This document shows positions 54,886 through 63,961 of a DNA stretch of 64,000 bases, one piece after another. The DNA comes from a virus. Where the stretch lies: positions 11,296 through 75,295 of the IMG/VR virus record IMGVR_UViG_3300025941_000018. One strand, given 5' to 3'. The position numbers and the translations under genes are program-made. Position 1 is the first letter of the stretch; every line of letters starts with the position of its first letter. The notes beneath the pieces are model-generated. The model ran no database searches. It saw only the letters and a list, made by a program, of their open reading frames with translations, and was not told the origin of the DNA.

Positions 54886-55172
54886 GCGGCACCCACTTTC
54901 TCTGGTGCGACGGCCGGGACGACTTTGGGTGTGCGCTTTCTCGTTCCGCCATTTATCTTCCTGGCGCTTGGCTTCGACGAAGGCTTCATCGTGAGGCAGT
55001 CGATTACTTTTTCGCGCAACGATAGAATGGCGTCAGCAATTTCCCTGTTGGTCTCTGGAACCGTTTTGAGCGCCGGGGCAAGGAGAAGTTCCAGCGAATG
55101 CTTTTGCGCTTCCTCGATGGTGTTGAACATTTGACCGTCGTCAGTTTTGAAAGATGTTGCTTTTTGGATCAT
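54882..55172 (-). CDS. Hypothetical protein
   Basis: F.T.DG..F.T.EEA..H motif; coupled. Confidence 0.6.
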   Translation of the reverse strand: MIQKATSFKTDDGQMFNTIEEAQKHSLELLLAPALKTVPETNREIADAILSLREKVIDCLTMKPSSKPSARKINGGTRKRTPKVVPAVAPEKVGAA

Positions 55173-55624
55173 GTGTTTTTGGTCTGTTTTTTGTGTTGTT
55201 CTACAGTTCTCTTGCCGTGACACGACAAGCAAAGCATTACGGTGTCCTCCTTCGTATAATCTTCGTGATGTCTCGATAGCCCGACGCCAAGTTTTCCGCA
55301 GTCAGAGCATTTTTCTACTTTGCGTTCCGGCCCGCGCCTTTGCACTAGGACATATTGTTGAGCCCGCTGATGAGAAAAACCGAAGTGTTTTCCTATTTGG
55401 CTGTAGCTAAGACCCCTCGCCTTCATTTCCATCACCCGCTCGCGAGTCTCTGTGTTCTTAAAGCCTCGCGGCCTTCCTGCTTTGAACGGGGGTATGCCTA
55501 ATTTTCTCCGGACGTAGCATATCGAAGAACCGGTCGTTTGGACTGATTTTTGAATCTCTCTCGGTTTCTTGCCTTCGATTAGCAACTTTTCAATCTGATG
55601 ATAGGTGGTCCTAGGGCGAGACAT
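55169..55624 (-). CDS. HTH plus HNH-like zinc-finger protein
   Basis: GLSYSQIG..FG.S.QR..Q; CSDCG..HHEDY...LCLSCH. Confidence 0.7.
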   Translation of the reverse strand: MSRPRTTYHQIEKLLIEGKKPREIQKSVQTTGSSICYVRRKLGIPPFKAGRPRGFKNTETRERVMEMKARGLSYSQIGKHFGFSHQRAQQYVLVQRRGPERKVEKCSDCGKLGVGLSRHHEDYTKEDTVMLCLSCHGKRTVEQHKKQTKNT

Positions 55625-55627
55625 AAA

Positions 55628-55802
55628 CTAGAATACCTCTGGTAGGTCTTTGGCTTGCTCGACGAATGGAAGTTGTGCGACAAGGCAGTAGCGGACCATC
55701 GCGCCAAGACTTTTTGCGTGCCGCTTGCAGGCGGTTTCCAGCCGCTGTTCAAGCTTTTCGTTAATTTGAATCGTGATTCTCCGTCTGTTCTTCTTTGCCA
55801 TG
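55628..55802 (-). CDS. Ribbon-helix-helix regulator
   Basis: RRITIQI...L...L...S...VR; upstream TTGACA. Confidence 0.55.
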
Positions 55803-55899
55803 CCGAATACTGGTAACACGGTTGTCAGACAAATGTCAACACTTTTGCTGAATTATTTTTTACAGAGACTTTTTGGACAGAATCGACTAAGTTGCCCAA

Positions 55900-56292
55900 A
55901 TGATACCGGTTCGCTACTGGTTACCGATGCTCTGGGCTGCTGCCGTGGCCACCCTGGTTTTGCTCTGCCGACTGCGGTTTCGCACTCTGGCGGGTAAGAT
56001 CCTCGACTTCCTGTCGCTGCTGATTTCCTACGACTGGGTGTCCAATTTGCGGCACTTCCGCATGTCGCATTGCCGCCGGTGCGAACTGTTCGACGCCAAG
56101 CGACAAACCTGCGGACGGGCATCGCTGACAAAAGAAAGCTGGTATGAATCCCCAAGGACTGGGCGCTCCGAGCCCTACGGGTGCTGGTGCTATCTCCCGG
56201 TCAAAGCCGCGACTCCCTGCAACTGCTGGCTCTACGAACGCACCAATGGCGAATCTGGCTGGCCGGCGGCGCTCAACAGCTTTCCGTTATGA
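55900..56292 (+). CDS. Cys-rich hypothetical protein
   Basis: R...CRRC...C...GCWC.L..KA....C. Confidence 0.55.
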   Translation: MIPVRYWLPMLWAAAVATLVLLCRLRFRTLAGKILDFLSLLISYDWVSNLRHFRMSHCRRCELFDAKRQTCGRASLTKESWYESPRTGRSEPYGCWCYLPVKAATPCNCWLYERTNGESGWPAALNSFPL

Positions 56293-56723
56293 GCGAATGT
56301 TGGGGTGTCACACTGCGGTTGCCGGGCGAGTCCGACCAGGATTACAAGGCTCGGCTGCAATCCAAAGCGGCAAACGCGCGCGAGGCCCTGGCCCGCAAGC
56401 ACAGGGACCTGAAAGAAAACCCGCGGCCTGACATGATCATGATGCTGGAAATCGCCGCGACCGCTGTTTTTCGCAATATCGAACGGCTCAGGGCTAAGCC
56501 ATCGTACCAGACCAAGCACAGCGTCGAGTTACGCGCGCTCACCCGGGAGCTGACGACCATCACCGCCAAGATCGTCGATTACAAGGAGTCCCAGAAGCCC
56601 AAGAAGTATAAGCCTCGCAAGGGCAAAGGCGAAGTGGTCGAGGAAGAGGCCCCGATTCAAAAGGCGTTCTCGCCTGGCCGCGTGATTCAGCCGGGGAATG
56701 GGTCTGGCGCTCCGGCGGAATAG
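56289..56723 (+). CDS. Hypothetical basic helical protein
   Basis: ATGA-coupled. Confidence 0.55.
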   Translation: MSECWGVTLRLPGESDQDYKARLQSKAANAREALARKHRDLKENPRPDMIMMLEIAATAVFRNIERLRAKPSYQTKHSVELRALTRELTTITAKIVDYKESQKPKKYKPRKGKGEVVEEEAPIQKAFSPGRVIQPGNGSGAPAE

Positions 56724-56975
56724 CCCATGTCCATTTTTGCCTCCTCATCGGAGACAGAAAAAATGGAAACGCTCAGCGCCGTCCGCCTTTCACACGATTC
56801 AAATTTGGATTCCTCTTCCGGGCCGCGCTGCTGGCCCGCCTGGTTGACGCGGCCAACTCCGCGCTCGCACGTTTCGTCGAAATGCCCTGGCGCCGCGCCA
56901 TGCTGCTTGCCACGCTCTTAAAGCTCATGCCCGCATCATCCTCGGAAAAAAAGTTGCGTCAACACCAGATTTTTG

Positions 56976-57158
56976 TTGCGTATGGCGAAATACGGACGCA
57001 GAATCGGCGGCGTCACTTGTGACACGGCGTCGAACCGCCAACAAAAATGAACGTTCTAAATTCAAATCCGCACCCACCGATGGGCCTTTTGGTACGCGCG
57101 CCCGCGCTTCCTTTTTTGGCCGTTCGCATCGGCTGGGTGCGGTTTCGAGTTTAGAACC
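56976..57158 (+). promoter_or_regulatory. Promoter plus structured leader of replication operon
   Basis: TTGCGT-17-CAGAAT; hairpin GGCG-TCGAAC-CGCC (57026-57039); long stem 57053-57157 ending just before ATG with bulged GTTCG. Confidence 0.65.
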
Positions 57159-57539
57159 ATGACCTACTCCGATAAACTGCGCGACCCGCGCTGGCAAAAA
57201 AAACGCCTGGAAATTCTCCAGCAGCGCAATTGGACCTGTGAGGATTGCGGAGACACAAAGTCCACGCTGCACGTGCACCACTGTTATTACGCACGTGCCT
57301 TCGAACCATGGGAATATTCAGATAATGCGCTGAAGTGCCTTTGCTGGAGCTGCCACGAACAAAGGGAGGACTTGGAAGCTGACATCAGAATGGAGTTGTC
57401 CAAATTCAGCAAGTCCTCCCTTGTTGATATTCTAACTTGCGTGCTTCAGGTGGCGAAGAAAATTGGAACGCCTGAACTTTGTAACACACTCTGTGAATTA
57501 GAGGCTTCGCAGGTGGAGCGTGCGGAGACAAAGCCGTGA
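57159..57539 (+). CDS. HNH-like protein
   Basis: DPRWQKKR..I......CEDCG...LHVHH..Y...LCWSCH. Confidence 0.85.
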   Translation: MTYSDKLRDPRWQKKRLEILQQRNWTCEDCGDTKSTLHVHHCYYARAFEPWEYSDNALKCLCWSCHEQREDLEADIRMELSKFSKSSLVDILTCVLQVAKKIGTPELCNTLCELEASQVERAETKP

Positions 57540-58492
57540 AACTATATCGCATCCGCGACTGGTCTGACCACTTCGAAAACAACCGCTCGAAGACCGTGGT
57601 AAGCCTCTCCTGGGTCGCCATCCCGAATCGGCATGACGGCGAAAACTATTCTTCCATCGTCACTCACGAGGACGGCGCCAAGATATTCAGCGCCTGGATT
57701 TTGATGCTCCAAGTCGCCAGCAAGTGCGACCCTCGCGGAACGCTCATTCGGGACAACAAGACCCCCCACACCCCCCTCTCCCTCTCCCTTAAAACCCGCG
57801 CTCCACAGGAATGGTTCGAAATTGCCCTCGACTTTCTCGTATCCAACACGGATTGGCTTGAATACGAGGAACTTGCAGGAGACTGTCAGCCGACTGTCAG
57901 GCAACTGACGCCCGAGTGCGCCTCGCGCGCGCGCGCGGAATGGAATGGAAAGGAGGGAATGGAAAGAAAGGAAGTGGAGTCTTGCGCTGTCGCGCCTCCT
58001 CCTGAAAAAACTACTAAAGAAGCGAAAAACTCAGAACACCAGAAGTTTATTGATTTCTGGTGTCGGGCGTTTCAAGACAGGTTCGGGCTCCCTTACGCTT
58101 TCGCTGGTGGAAAAGACGGAATGGCGGTGAAATCTCTGCTTTCCATGAAAATCCACCCGAATCAGTTAATTGAAATCGCGAGACGTGCTTGGGCCAAGAC
58201 GGATGGGCGGCTCTATTGGGCTTGTTGCAACCAAAGTCAAACCCTGGCTGGGTTTAACGGTGCGCTGAACAAAATCAACGCGGAACTGGCTAAAGACGGC
58301 GGTGGTGGACCCTCCATCTCCACTGATTCACTTCCCGACATCTACGAAATCGACGGCCACAAGTGGGCGATGAACGGTCCTGGACCCCAACGGAGCGACT
58401 TTGGCCCCGGGGAAGAGGGCGACGGCAACTTCTCGGGGTTCACTAAAGCGTTCGCGCATCGAAAGGAGAAATGGCTAAACGCGCGGAAATAG
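57536..58492 (+). CDS. Replication initiator (replisome organiser)
   Basis: Directly upstream of DnaB; internal repeats and low-complexity linker. Confidence 0.7.
   Translation: MKLYRIRDWSDHFENNRSKTVVSLSWVAIPNRHDGENYSSIVTHEDGAKIFSAWILMLQVASKCDPRGTLIRDNKTPHTPLSLSLKTRAPQEWFEIALDFLVSNTDWLEYEELAGDCQPTVRQLTPECASRARAEWNGKEGMERKEVESCAVAPPPEKTTKEAKNSEHQKFIDFWCRAFQDRFGLPYAFAGGKDGMAVKSLLSMKIHPNQLIEIARRAWAKTDGRLYWACCNQSQTLAGFNGALNKINAELAKDGGGGPSISTDSLPDIYEIDGHKWAMNGPGPQRSDFGPGEEGDGNFSGFTKAFAHRKEKWLNARK
57881..57975 (+). repeat. Candidate iteron/ori inside initiator gene
   Basis: GACTGTCAG x2 plus variant, (CG)n run, then purine-rich GGAAT/GGAAA repeats. Confidence 0.45.
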
Positions 58493-59859
58493 ACCGGTTA
58501 CCGCCATGGGACGATGCCGCTGAGCGCGCCGTCCTGGGGTGTGTCTTTTTGTCCCCAATCGACTCAATGACCGAGTGCCTGCTGAAACTACGCGCCGGCG
58601 CGGAGATGTTCTACGACCTGCGCCATCAGGAAATCTACAGCACGTTCCTTTACCTTCACGGCCACTCGAAGCCGATAGACCTGATTCTCGTGCATGACTA
58701 CCTGAAAACCAAGGATTTACTCGACCATGTCGGAGGGGTGGCCTACCTGTCACAGCTTCCAGACGCCTGCGCGAGCGCGCTGAACCTTCCGGAGTATATC
58801 GACATCGTCCAGCGCAAGCACCTACTGCGAACGATCATCCGGACCTGCACGGACACCGCGGCGGCCGCCTACGAGGTAAACGGGGAAGCCCGGGAGTTTC
58901 TCGACAGGTTCGAAGCCAAGTCGCTGTCCATCCGCGGTGCCACCGAGCCGCTGAGTGGGTTCATCGACCTCCTGGCCATTCGCGGCAGTTTACTTCAGGA
59001 CTACGATAACGCCCAGACGAAGCAGCGCCCGATGGGGATGCCAACCGGGTTCGATGACCTGGACCGCATATCCGGTGGGATGATGGATCAGGAAATGATT
59101 GTCCTGGCCGGATTGCGCTCGACCGGAAAGACATCGCTGGCGACCTCTATCGCGTTCAACGTCGCCCGTTCTGGCACCGGAGTTGGATTCATTTCCCTCG
59201 AGACTTCCGGCAAGAAAATCGTTCATCGCATGGCCTGCGCCGCCGGGCACGTCGATGGCAGCAAGCTCTTGGCTGGTTCGGTGAGCGCCGCTGAGAGCCA
59301 GGCGACCATGGCTGGGTTTAGTAGATTGATTTCGTGCGCGGATAAGTTACTGATTTCCGATGCTGGGCCCCTGAGCCCCGAGCAACTTTGCTCCGTCTGC
59401 CGGCGCATGTATCAGAAGGGTGCCCGCCTATTCATCGTCGATTATCTTCAACTTCTCAACTGCCCCGGGCAGAAGGAGTATGATCGGGCGACCTACGCCT
59501 CGCGCGCTATCAAAAACCTCGGCAAAGAAATGAACTGCCCAGTCATCGTGCTGTCGTCGCTGAATCGTGAGAGCGACAAGGACCAGCGGCGCCCGCGACT
59601 CTCTGACCTGCGCGCCTCGGGCCAAATCGAGTACGACGCCGACAAGGTCTGGCTGCTGTCGAACGATTCGAAGCAGCAGCAGGACGAACTCGCCCGCCGG
59701 GTGATACTCGATGTTGTGAAGAACAAAGACGGCCCGACCAAGGACTGCCGATTGATGTTCTTCGCCTCGGAGTTTCGAATGCAAAACGCAGCCAGGATTG
59801 ATGACCGAGACGTTCAGGCCGAATTTATTGACGCTCCAAATACCCCATACCCCGATTGA
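58471..59859 (+). CDS. dnaB: Replicative DNA helicase
   Basis: AERAVLG, PTGF.DLD...GG, GLRSTGKT, SLE, IVDYLQL, SLNR, RP.LSDLR.SG.IEYDAD, KNKDGPT. Confidence 0.96.
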   Translation: MAKRAEIDRLPPWDDAAERAVLGCVFLSPIDSMTECLLKLRAGAEMFYDLRHQEIYSTFLYLHGHSKPIDLILVHDYLKTKDLLDHVGGVAYLSQLPDACASALNLPEYIDIVQRKHLLRTIIRTCTDTAAAAYEVNGEAREFLDRFEAKSLSIRGATEPLSGFIDLLAIRGSLLQDYDNAQTKQRPMGMPTGFDDLDRISGGMMDQEMIVLAGLRSTGKTSLATSIAFNVARSGTGVGFISLETSGKKIVHRMACAAGHVDGSKLLAGSVSAAESQATMAGFSRLISCADKLLISDAGPLSPEQLCSVCRRMYQKGARLFIVDYLQLLNCPGQKEYDRATYASRAIKNLGKEMNCPVIVLSSLNRESDKDQRRPRLSDLRASGQIEYDADKVWLLSNDSKQQQDELARRVILDVVKNKDGPTKDCRLMFFASEFRMQNAARIDDRDVQAEFIDAPNTPYPD

Positions 59860-59903
59860 CCAATGATCATCTCCCCCAAACGCCTGCTTGGTGACAGCCC
59901 GCT

Positions 59904-60164
59904 ATGAACAAAGACGAGCACTTGGCACAACCCCCTGTAAGTTCGGTTGCCGACTTGACGAATGAACTTCACGCCCGAAGGCATGCCATGAATGAGATTT
60001 GTGACGCCGTGGGATCTGACAATCCTGAGCGAGTGAGCGAGTGCTTTCGGTTAATGGAGGCCGAGTTGTTCAGTCTCAGGAAAGAGCTTAAAGTTTTCAA
60101 ACAAAGCAGACCGCGCCCGCATTGCGCAGGAACGGGATGGGTGAAGATGACACCGCCGCTCTAA
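59904..60164 (+). CDS. Hypothetical protein
   Basis: ORF in co-directional operon. Confidence 0.45.
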   Translation: MNKDEHLAQPPVSSVADLTNELHARRHAMNEICDAVGSDNPERVSECFRLMEAELFSLRKELKVFKQSRPRPHCAGTGWVKMTPPL

Positions 60165-60278
60165 ACTTTTCTCCGCCTGACCAAAGAAAACCGTTGACAC
60201 TTTCCCCAACCTCGCGTAAAACAGCCGCACAGTGAACGCCGAAATTATCAAAATCTTCGAAACAAACCCCCGCTTCCT

Positions 60279-60785
60279 ATGAGCCTCTACAACATTCTGT
60301 TCGGTAAAAACCAATACGCCGATCTTCTGCTGGCCACACTTGGACTAAAGCAATCAGATTGCGGTCGGTTTCGTGACTGCTACCCGTCGGAGGACGGCAC
60401 AAAAATAATTGTCCATACACGGAACGGCGGCGGGAACCGTGAGGAGTACCAAAGCGTGATTGATGAGCTTGCCGATCATCCTTGCTATGTGAGCGACAAT
60501 GACGACGATTTCGATTGCACCTACGCGGACATTATTTTCCGCGTGCCCGATGGAGCTGAGGCGTTTGTCAAAAGCGTGGCTGATGCGACCGACACAACTC
60601 CGCCAGCCGAACGCTGGAAAAAACTCCTGGCCGACATGCAATCTGGAAAGGACAGCGCCGTGGTGTCTCGTGCTATGGATGTTGGCAAACAAATATTCAG
60701 CGCGATTGATGCTGCGGCACCCACAGCAGAAGTAAAAACACCAGAGGGTTCGGTGATCATATCCTCCATTGAATCCAAGCCGTGA
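60279..60785 (+). CDS. Conserved phage hypothetical protein
   Basis: SLYN.LFG, RFRD, TRNGGGNR, DDDFDCTYA; upstream TTGACA-17-TAAAAC. Confidence 0.75.
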   Translation: MSLYNILFGKNQYADLLLATLGLKQSDCGRFRDCYPSEDGTKIIVHTRNGGGNREEYQSVIDELADHPCYVSDNDDDFDCTYADIIFRVPDGAEAFVKSVADATDTTPPAERWKKLLADMQSGKDSAVVSRAMDVGKQIFSAIDAAAPTAEVKTPEGSVIISSIESKP

Positions 60786-61348
60786 AGCCCAAGGTCACCG
60801 CCGCTCACACAATGAATTCTCTTTCCGAACTCCTGTTTCCTTTGCTTCGCGGCATGGTAACCGATCCGCAGGGACTCAAGATTGTCGAACAACCGCCGGT
60901 CAATCGCATGGCGCTGATCGCTGTCACGCCAGCCGCTGCGGATTATCGCATCCTCTGCGGGACCGGAGGCCGCACCATCCGCGCGCTGTCGGCCCTCACG
61001 TCGCTCCTAGGCCATGCGCTCGGCACGCCGGCCAGGCTCGAATTGCGGGAGAACTTTCAGTATAACCAGGCACCCAACGTCCCGTTCATCCAAAACGACG
61101 ACTTCGACAAGCGGGCCTGCATTGACAACATCAAACAGTTCTGCGCCGTGCTGTTCGACCGCGAAGTGCCGATTACGTGGAACCCGAATGCGCCAGGGGT
61201 ACTCGAGGTTTGGATCGACGCAGACCTTGACGACGCTAAGGAAGTCTCGACGGTGTTTGCGCTCGGAGAAAGCTTCTACCCATACGGCTATCGGCAGGGG
61301 ACTATGATCAAAATCAAGACCCTCAAGAAGTCGCTCAAACGAAAATGA
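60782..61348 (+). CDS. KH-domain (KhpA-like) RNA-binding protein
   Basis: MVTDP..L.I, D...LCGTGGRTIRAL..L. Confidence 0.7.
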   Translation: MKPKVTAAHTMNSLSELLFPLLRGMVTDPQGLKIVEQPPVNRMALIAVTPAAADYRILCGTGGRTIRALSALTSLLGHALGTPARLELRENFQYNQAPNVPFIQNDDFDKRACIDNIKQFCAVLFDREVPITWNPNAPGVLEVWIDADLDDAKEVSTVFALGESFYPYGYRQGTMIKIKTLKKSLKRK

Positions 61349-61623
61349 AACCAAAACCCATCATCATCGCGCTCACCGGCTCTCTCAGTCAGGTTCAGAA
61401 AAAGGAACTCTCGGATTCTGGCTACATTGTGATCATGGCAGAGCGGCCAGAGGACGTGCGGTTGATTAAACCCAGTTCGCTTGGGTTCGACGCCGACATG
61501 CTGTCCATGGCCGCGCTCGGAGCCATTATGGGCAACGAGTCGAGTGCTGAGAGATCCGCTTTCGTGCGACTGCTCTTTGCCGCGCTGAAGGATGAACAGG
61601 TCAAAAACGAAAATACCAAATGA
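61345..61623 (+). CDS. Hypothetical protein
   Basis: Coupled ORF. Confidence 0.6.
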   Translation: MKPKPIIIALTGSLSQVQKKELSDSGYIVIMAERPEDVRLIKPSSLGFDADMLSMAALGAIMGNESSAERSAFVRLLFAALKDEQVKNENTK

Positions 61624-62057
61624 GCCGTGACGAAATCATCTCCAAGTTTCCAAGAGCCACAGAGGACTTTATTCGACTCAACGCCACAGACGTTGACCAT
61701 CGAGATCAAGGGCATCGGGAAAGTTCCATCATTCAAAACGGGCAAGCGGGCGTTCGGCTGGCTGGACAAAAAGACCAAGAGGATAATGGCCCGACCGATA
61801 ACCCAGCCAGAGCACCGTATCTGGATGCAAAAAGCACTGCTGCTTATCGAGTCGAAATTACGCTCCGATTTTCAGATCGGAGACGCATCGACTCAGACGG
61901 TTGCGTCTCTACGATCTTTGATGTGCTTACTACCGTCCGACGATTGCTGGTCCGTGATCCCAGAGCACTCCGTAAGCTGCGAACTGTGCGAACCTGGAAG
62001 CGAAGGGGCGACGATCAGGATAACCCGGATACTGTGAATGAAGCGGTGCCATTTTAG
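61620..62057 (+). CDS. RusA-like overlapping ORF A (carries central DRRRxDxD..FDxL motif)
   Basis: ATGA-coupled start; VEITLRFSDRRRIDSDGCVSTIFDVLT. Confidence 0.6.
   Translation: MSRDEIISKFPRATEDFIRLNATDVDHRDQGHRESSIIQNGQAGVRLAGQKDQEDNGPTDNPARAPYLDAKSTAAYRVEITLRFSDRRRIDSDGCVSTIFDVLTTVRRLLVRDPRALRKLRTVRTWKRRGDDQDNPDTVNEAVPF
61627..62037 (+). CDS. RusA-like overlapping ORF B (carries N-terminal PS and C-terminal DD motifs)
   Basis: TIEI.G.VPS.K; LPSDDCW...GATIRIT. Confidence 0.6.
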   Translation: MTKSSPSFQEPQRTLFDSTPQTLTIEIKGIGKVPSFKTGKRAFGWLDKKTKRIMARPITQPEHRIWMQKALLLIESKLRSDFQIGDASTQTVASLRSLMCLLPSDDCWSVIPEHSVSCELCEPGSEGATIRITRIL

Positions 62058-62095
62058 TTATTGACAAAAACCCCAGCGGTGCGGATTATTTATGA

Positions 62096-62659
62096 ATGCA
62101 AAAAATCAATATGCGGTTCAGCTCGGAAGACTTGGCGGAAGCCGTGCAACCAAAGCTCAAAAAGAAGCGGCAAGGAGGAACGGTAAAATGGGTGGCAGGC
62201 CAAAAGCGAAAAAGCCTGTTCGACCGATTCACCGAAAAAATAACCCCGGCAGAAAATAGTTGCTGGTTATGGCAAGCCAATATCCTGCCAAACAGTTATG
62301 GGACATTTACAGCCTTTCAAAAAACCCAATACGCACACCGATTCGCTTACGAATTGTTCAGGGCAGAGATACCAAAAGGGCTGACCTTAGATCACAGATG
62401 CCGCACTCGGCATTGCGTAAACCCATTTCATTTGTTTCCGGAGACCCGGGGAAACAACGTAATAATCGGAGATACCATCGCCGCAAGGAATGCGGCAAAA
62501 ACTCATTGCCCAAAAGGGCATCCATACAGTGATGAAAACACTTACAGGCCCAAACGCGGAGGCAGAATGTGCAATGAGTGCCGAAGGATTCGAGATAGAG
62601 CAAAGAGCCAGAGCGAATCAGAATTGAAATCTACAGGACTGAATAAAATTCCGTTTTGA
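62096..62659 (+). CDS. HNH endonuclease
   Basis: CWLW..YG.F..AHRFAY..LDHRCR...CVNP.HL; THCPKGH; promoter TTGACA-17-GATTAT. Confidence 0.9.
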   Translation: MQKINMRFSSEDLAEAVQPKLKKKRQGGTVKWVAGQKRKSLFDRFTEKITPAENSCWLWQANILPNSYGTFTAFQKTQYAHRFAYELFRAEIPKGLTLDHRCRTRHCVNPFHLFPETRGNNVIIGDTIAARNAAKTHCPKGHPYSDENTYRPKRGGRMCNECRRIRDRAKSQSESELKSTGLNKIPF

Positions 62660-63381
62660 CCATGAAAGCCATCACCGCAACGCAGACCGTCATCGAGAAG
62701 CCGATCCTTTTCAGCGGCCCGATGATCAACGCGATTCTGGAAGGCAGGAAAAGTCAAACCCGCCGCGTCATTAATCCGCAGCCAATCATCGACGACAGCC
62801 TCCTCGAAGGCGGCACTTCTTCCGAATACGGCGTCCATGTGGGCGAGCGTCGCAGGAACCACTTAATTTGGACGGGCAAGCGGGGATGTCATACCACGTT
62901 CGGCCAAGGGCTGAAGTGGATGGCAGAGCGCAGCCCATACGGCGGAGTCTCAGATAGGCTTTGGGTGCGGGAAACTTTTGGGTATGCCGACGAGAGCGAC
63001 GGAAAACAGGTAGTCTATCGCGCCGACTCAGGTCCCGTTCACGAAGCCACAACCAAATGGAAACCGTCAATCTTCATGCCCCGATGGGCATCGCGCCTCA
63101 CCTTGGAAATTGTCAGCGTGAGAGTTGAGCGGTTGAAGGACATAAGCGAGGAAGATGCGATAGCTGAGGCCATCGAAGGCCGATGGCACCCAAAAGACCC
63201 GAAGTGCTGGACTTGGAAGGACTATGGAAGATCGGTGAGATTCAATGAGGACATTTTTCACTACGGTTCTGCGGTGACTCCTATTTCTACTTTCGAATCA
63301 CTCTGGAATTCTATAAACGGAAAGAAGCATCCTTGGAACTCTAACCCGTTCGTTTGGGCCATCACGTTCCGACGGCTATGA
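62656..63381 (+). CDS. ASCH/PUA-like conserved phage protein
   Basis: PILFS.PM..AILEGRK.QTRR, LWVRET, WKPSIFMPRWASRL.LEI, NP.VW. Confidence 0.85.
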   Translation: MTMKAITATQTVIEKPILFSGPMINAILEGRKSQTRRVINPQPIIDDSLLEGGTSSEYGVHVGERRRNHLIWTGKRGCHTTFGQGLKWMAERSPYGGVSDRLWVRETFGYADESDGKQVVYRADSGPVHEATTKWKPSIFMPRWASRLTLEIVSVRVERLKDISEEDAIAEAIEGRWHPKDPKCWTWKDYGRSVRFNEDIFHYGSAVTPISTFESLWNSINGKKHPWNSNPFVWAITFRRL

Positions 63382-63647
63382 AAGACGAGCACGACATCCG
63401 CAAAGAGAAATTGGTGGACGCCCAGATCGCCCAGGCCGAGCACAAGGCCGAACTGGAAGCCAAGCCCGAACTCATCCCCTGCGCCTGCGTCCATCACGAC
63501 GCCTACGAGTGCGCGCGGATACGCGACCGCATCGACGACGCGCCAGACCCATTCGATGATCCAAACCCGCGAGACCAAGAACGTCGCGCCTGCGAATGCT
63601 GCTGCCACGAGAAAGACCAGGACGAATTGGAGGACGTGCCGTGGTGA
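63378..63647 (+). CDS. Small Cys-rich protein
   Basis: CAC...D..ECAR.RD...CECCCH. Confidence 0.65.
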   Translation: MKDEHDIRKEKLVDAQIAQAEHKAELEAKPELIPCACVHHDAYECARIRDRIDDAPDPFDDPNPRDQERRACECCCHEKDQDELEDVPW

Positions 63648-63961
63648 GTCGAACACCGAATTACGTCACCGGAGGTCCTGAGATTTACCCTCGCCATGAA
63701 GAGGTTGATTTCTCCGACGACCAATGCCCGAACTGCGGCCATGAGTGTTTCACGTGCCCCTGTTCGGATTGCGGCGGCGATGGATGTCACGACGGATACG
63801 AAGAAGACCCGCTGCTGTTTGACCCTGGCGATGTATTTGAGTGTCACATGTGCCGAGGCGAAGGACATTTTTGTTGGTGCCCAAGGTGCGGCTGGGACAT
63901 GAACCTTCCCGAGAAATATAACACGCCCCGTCATCGCGGGGTTGAACTGATGAAACCATGA
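63641..63961 (+). CDS. Multi-CxxC zinc-finger protein (DnaJ-type CxxCxGxG repeats)
   Basis: CPNCG, CSDCGGDG, CHMCRGEG, CPRCG. Confidence 0.65.
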   Translation: MVSRTPNYVTGGPEIYPRHEEVDFSDDQCPNCGHECFTCPCSDCGGDGCHDGYEEDPLLFDPGDVFECHMCRGEGHFCWCPRCGWDMNLPEKYNTPRHRGVELMKP

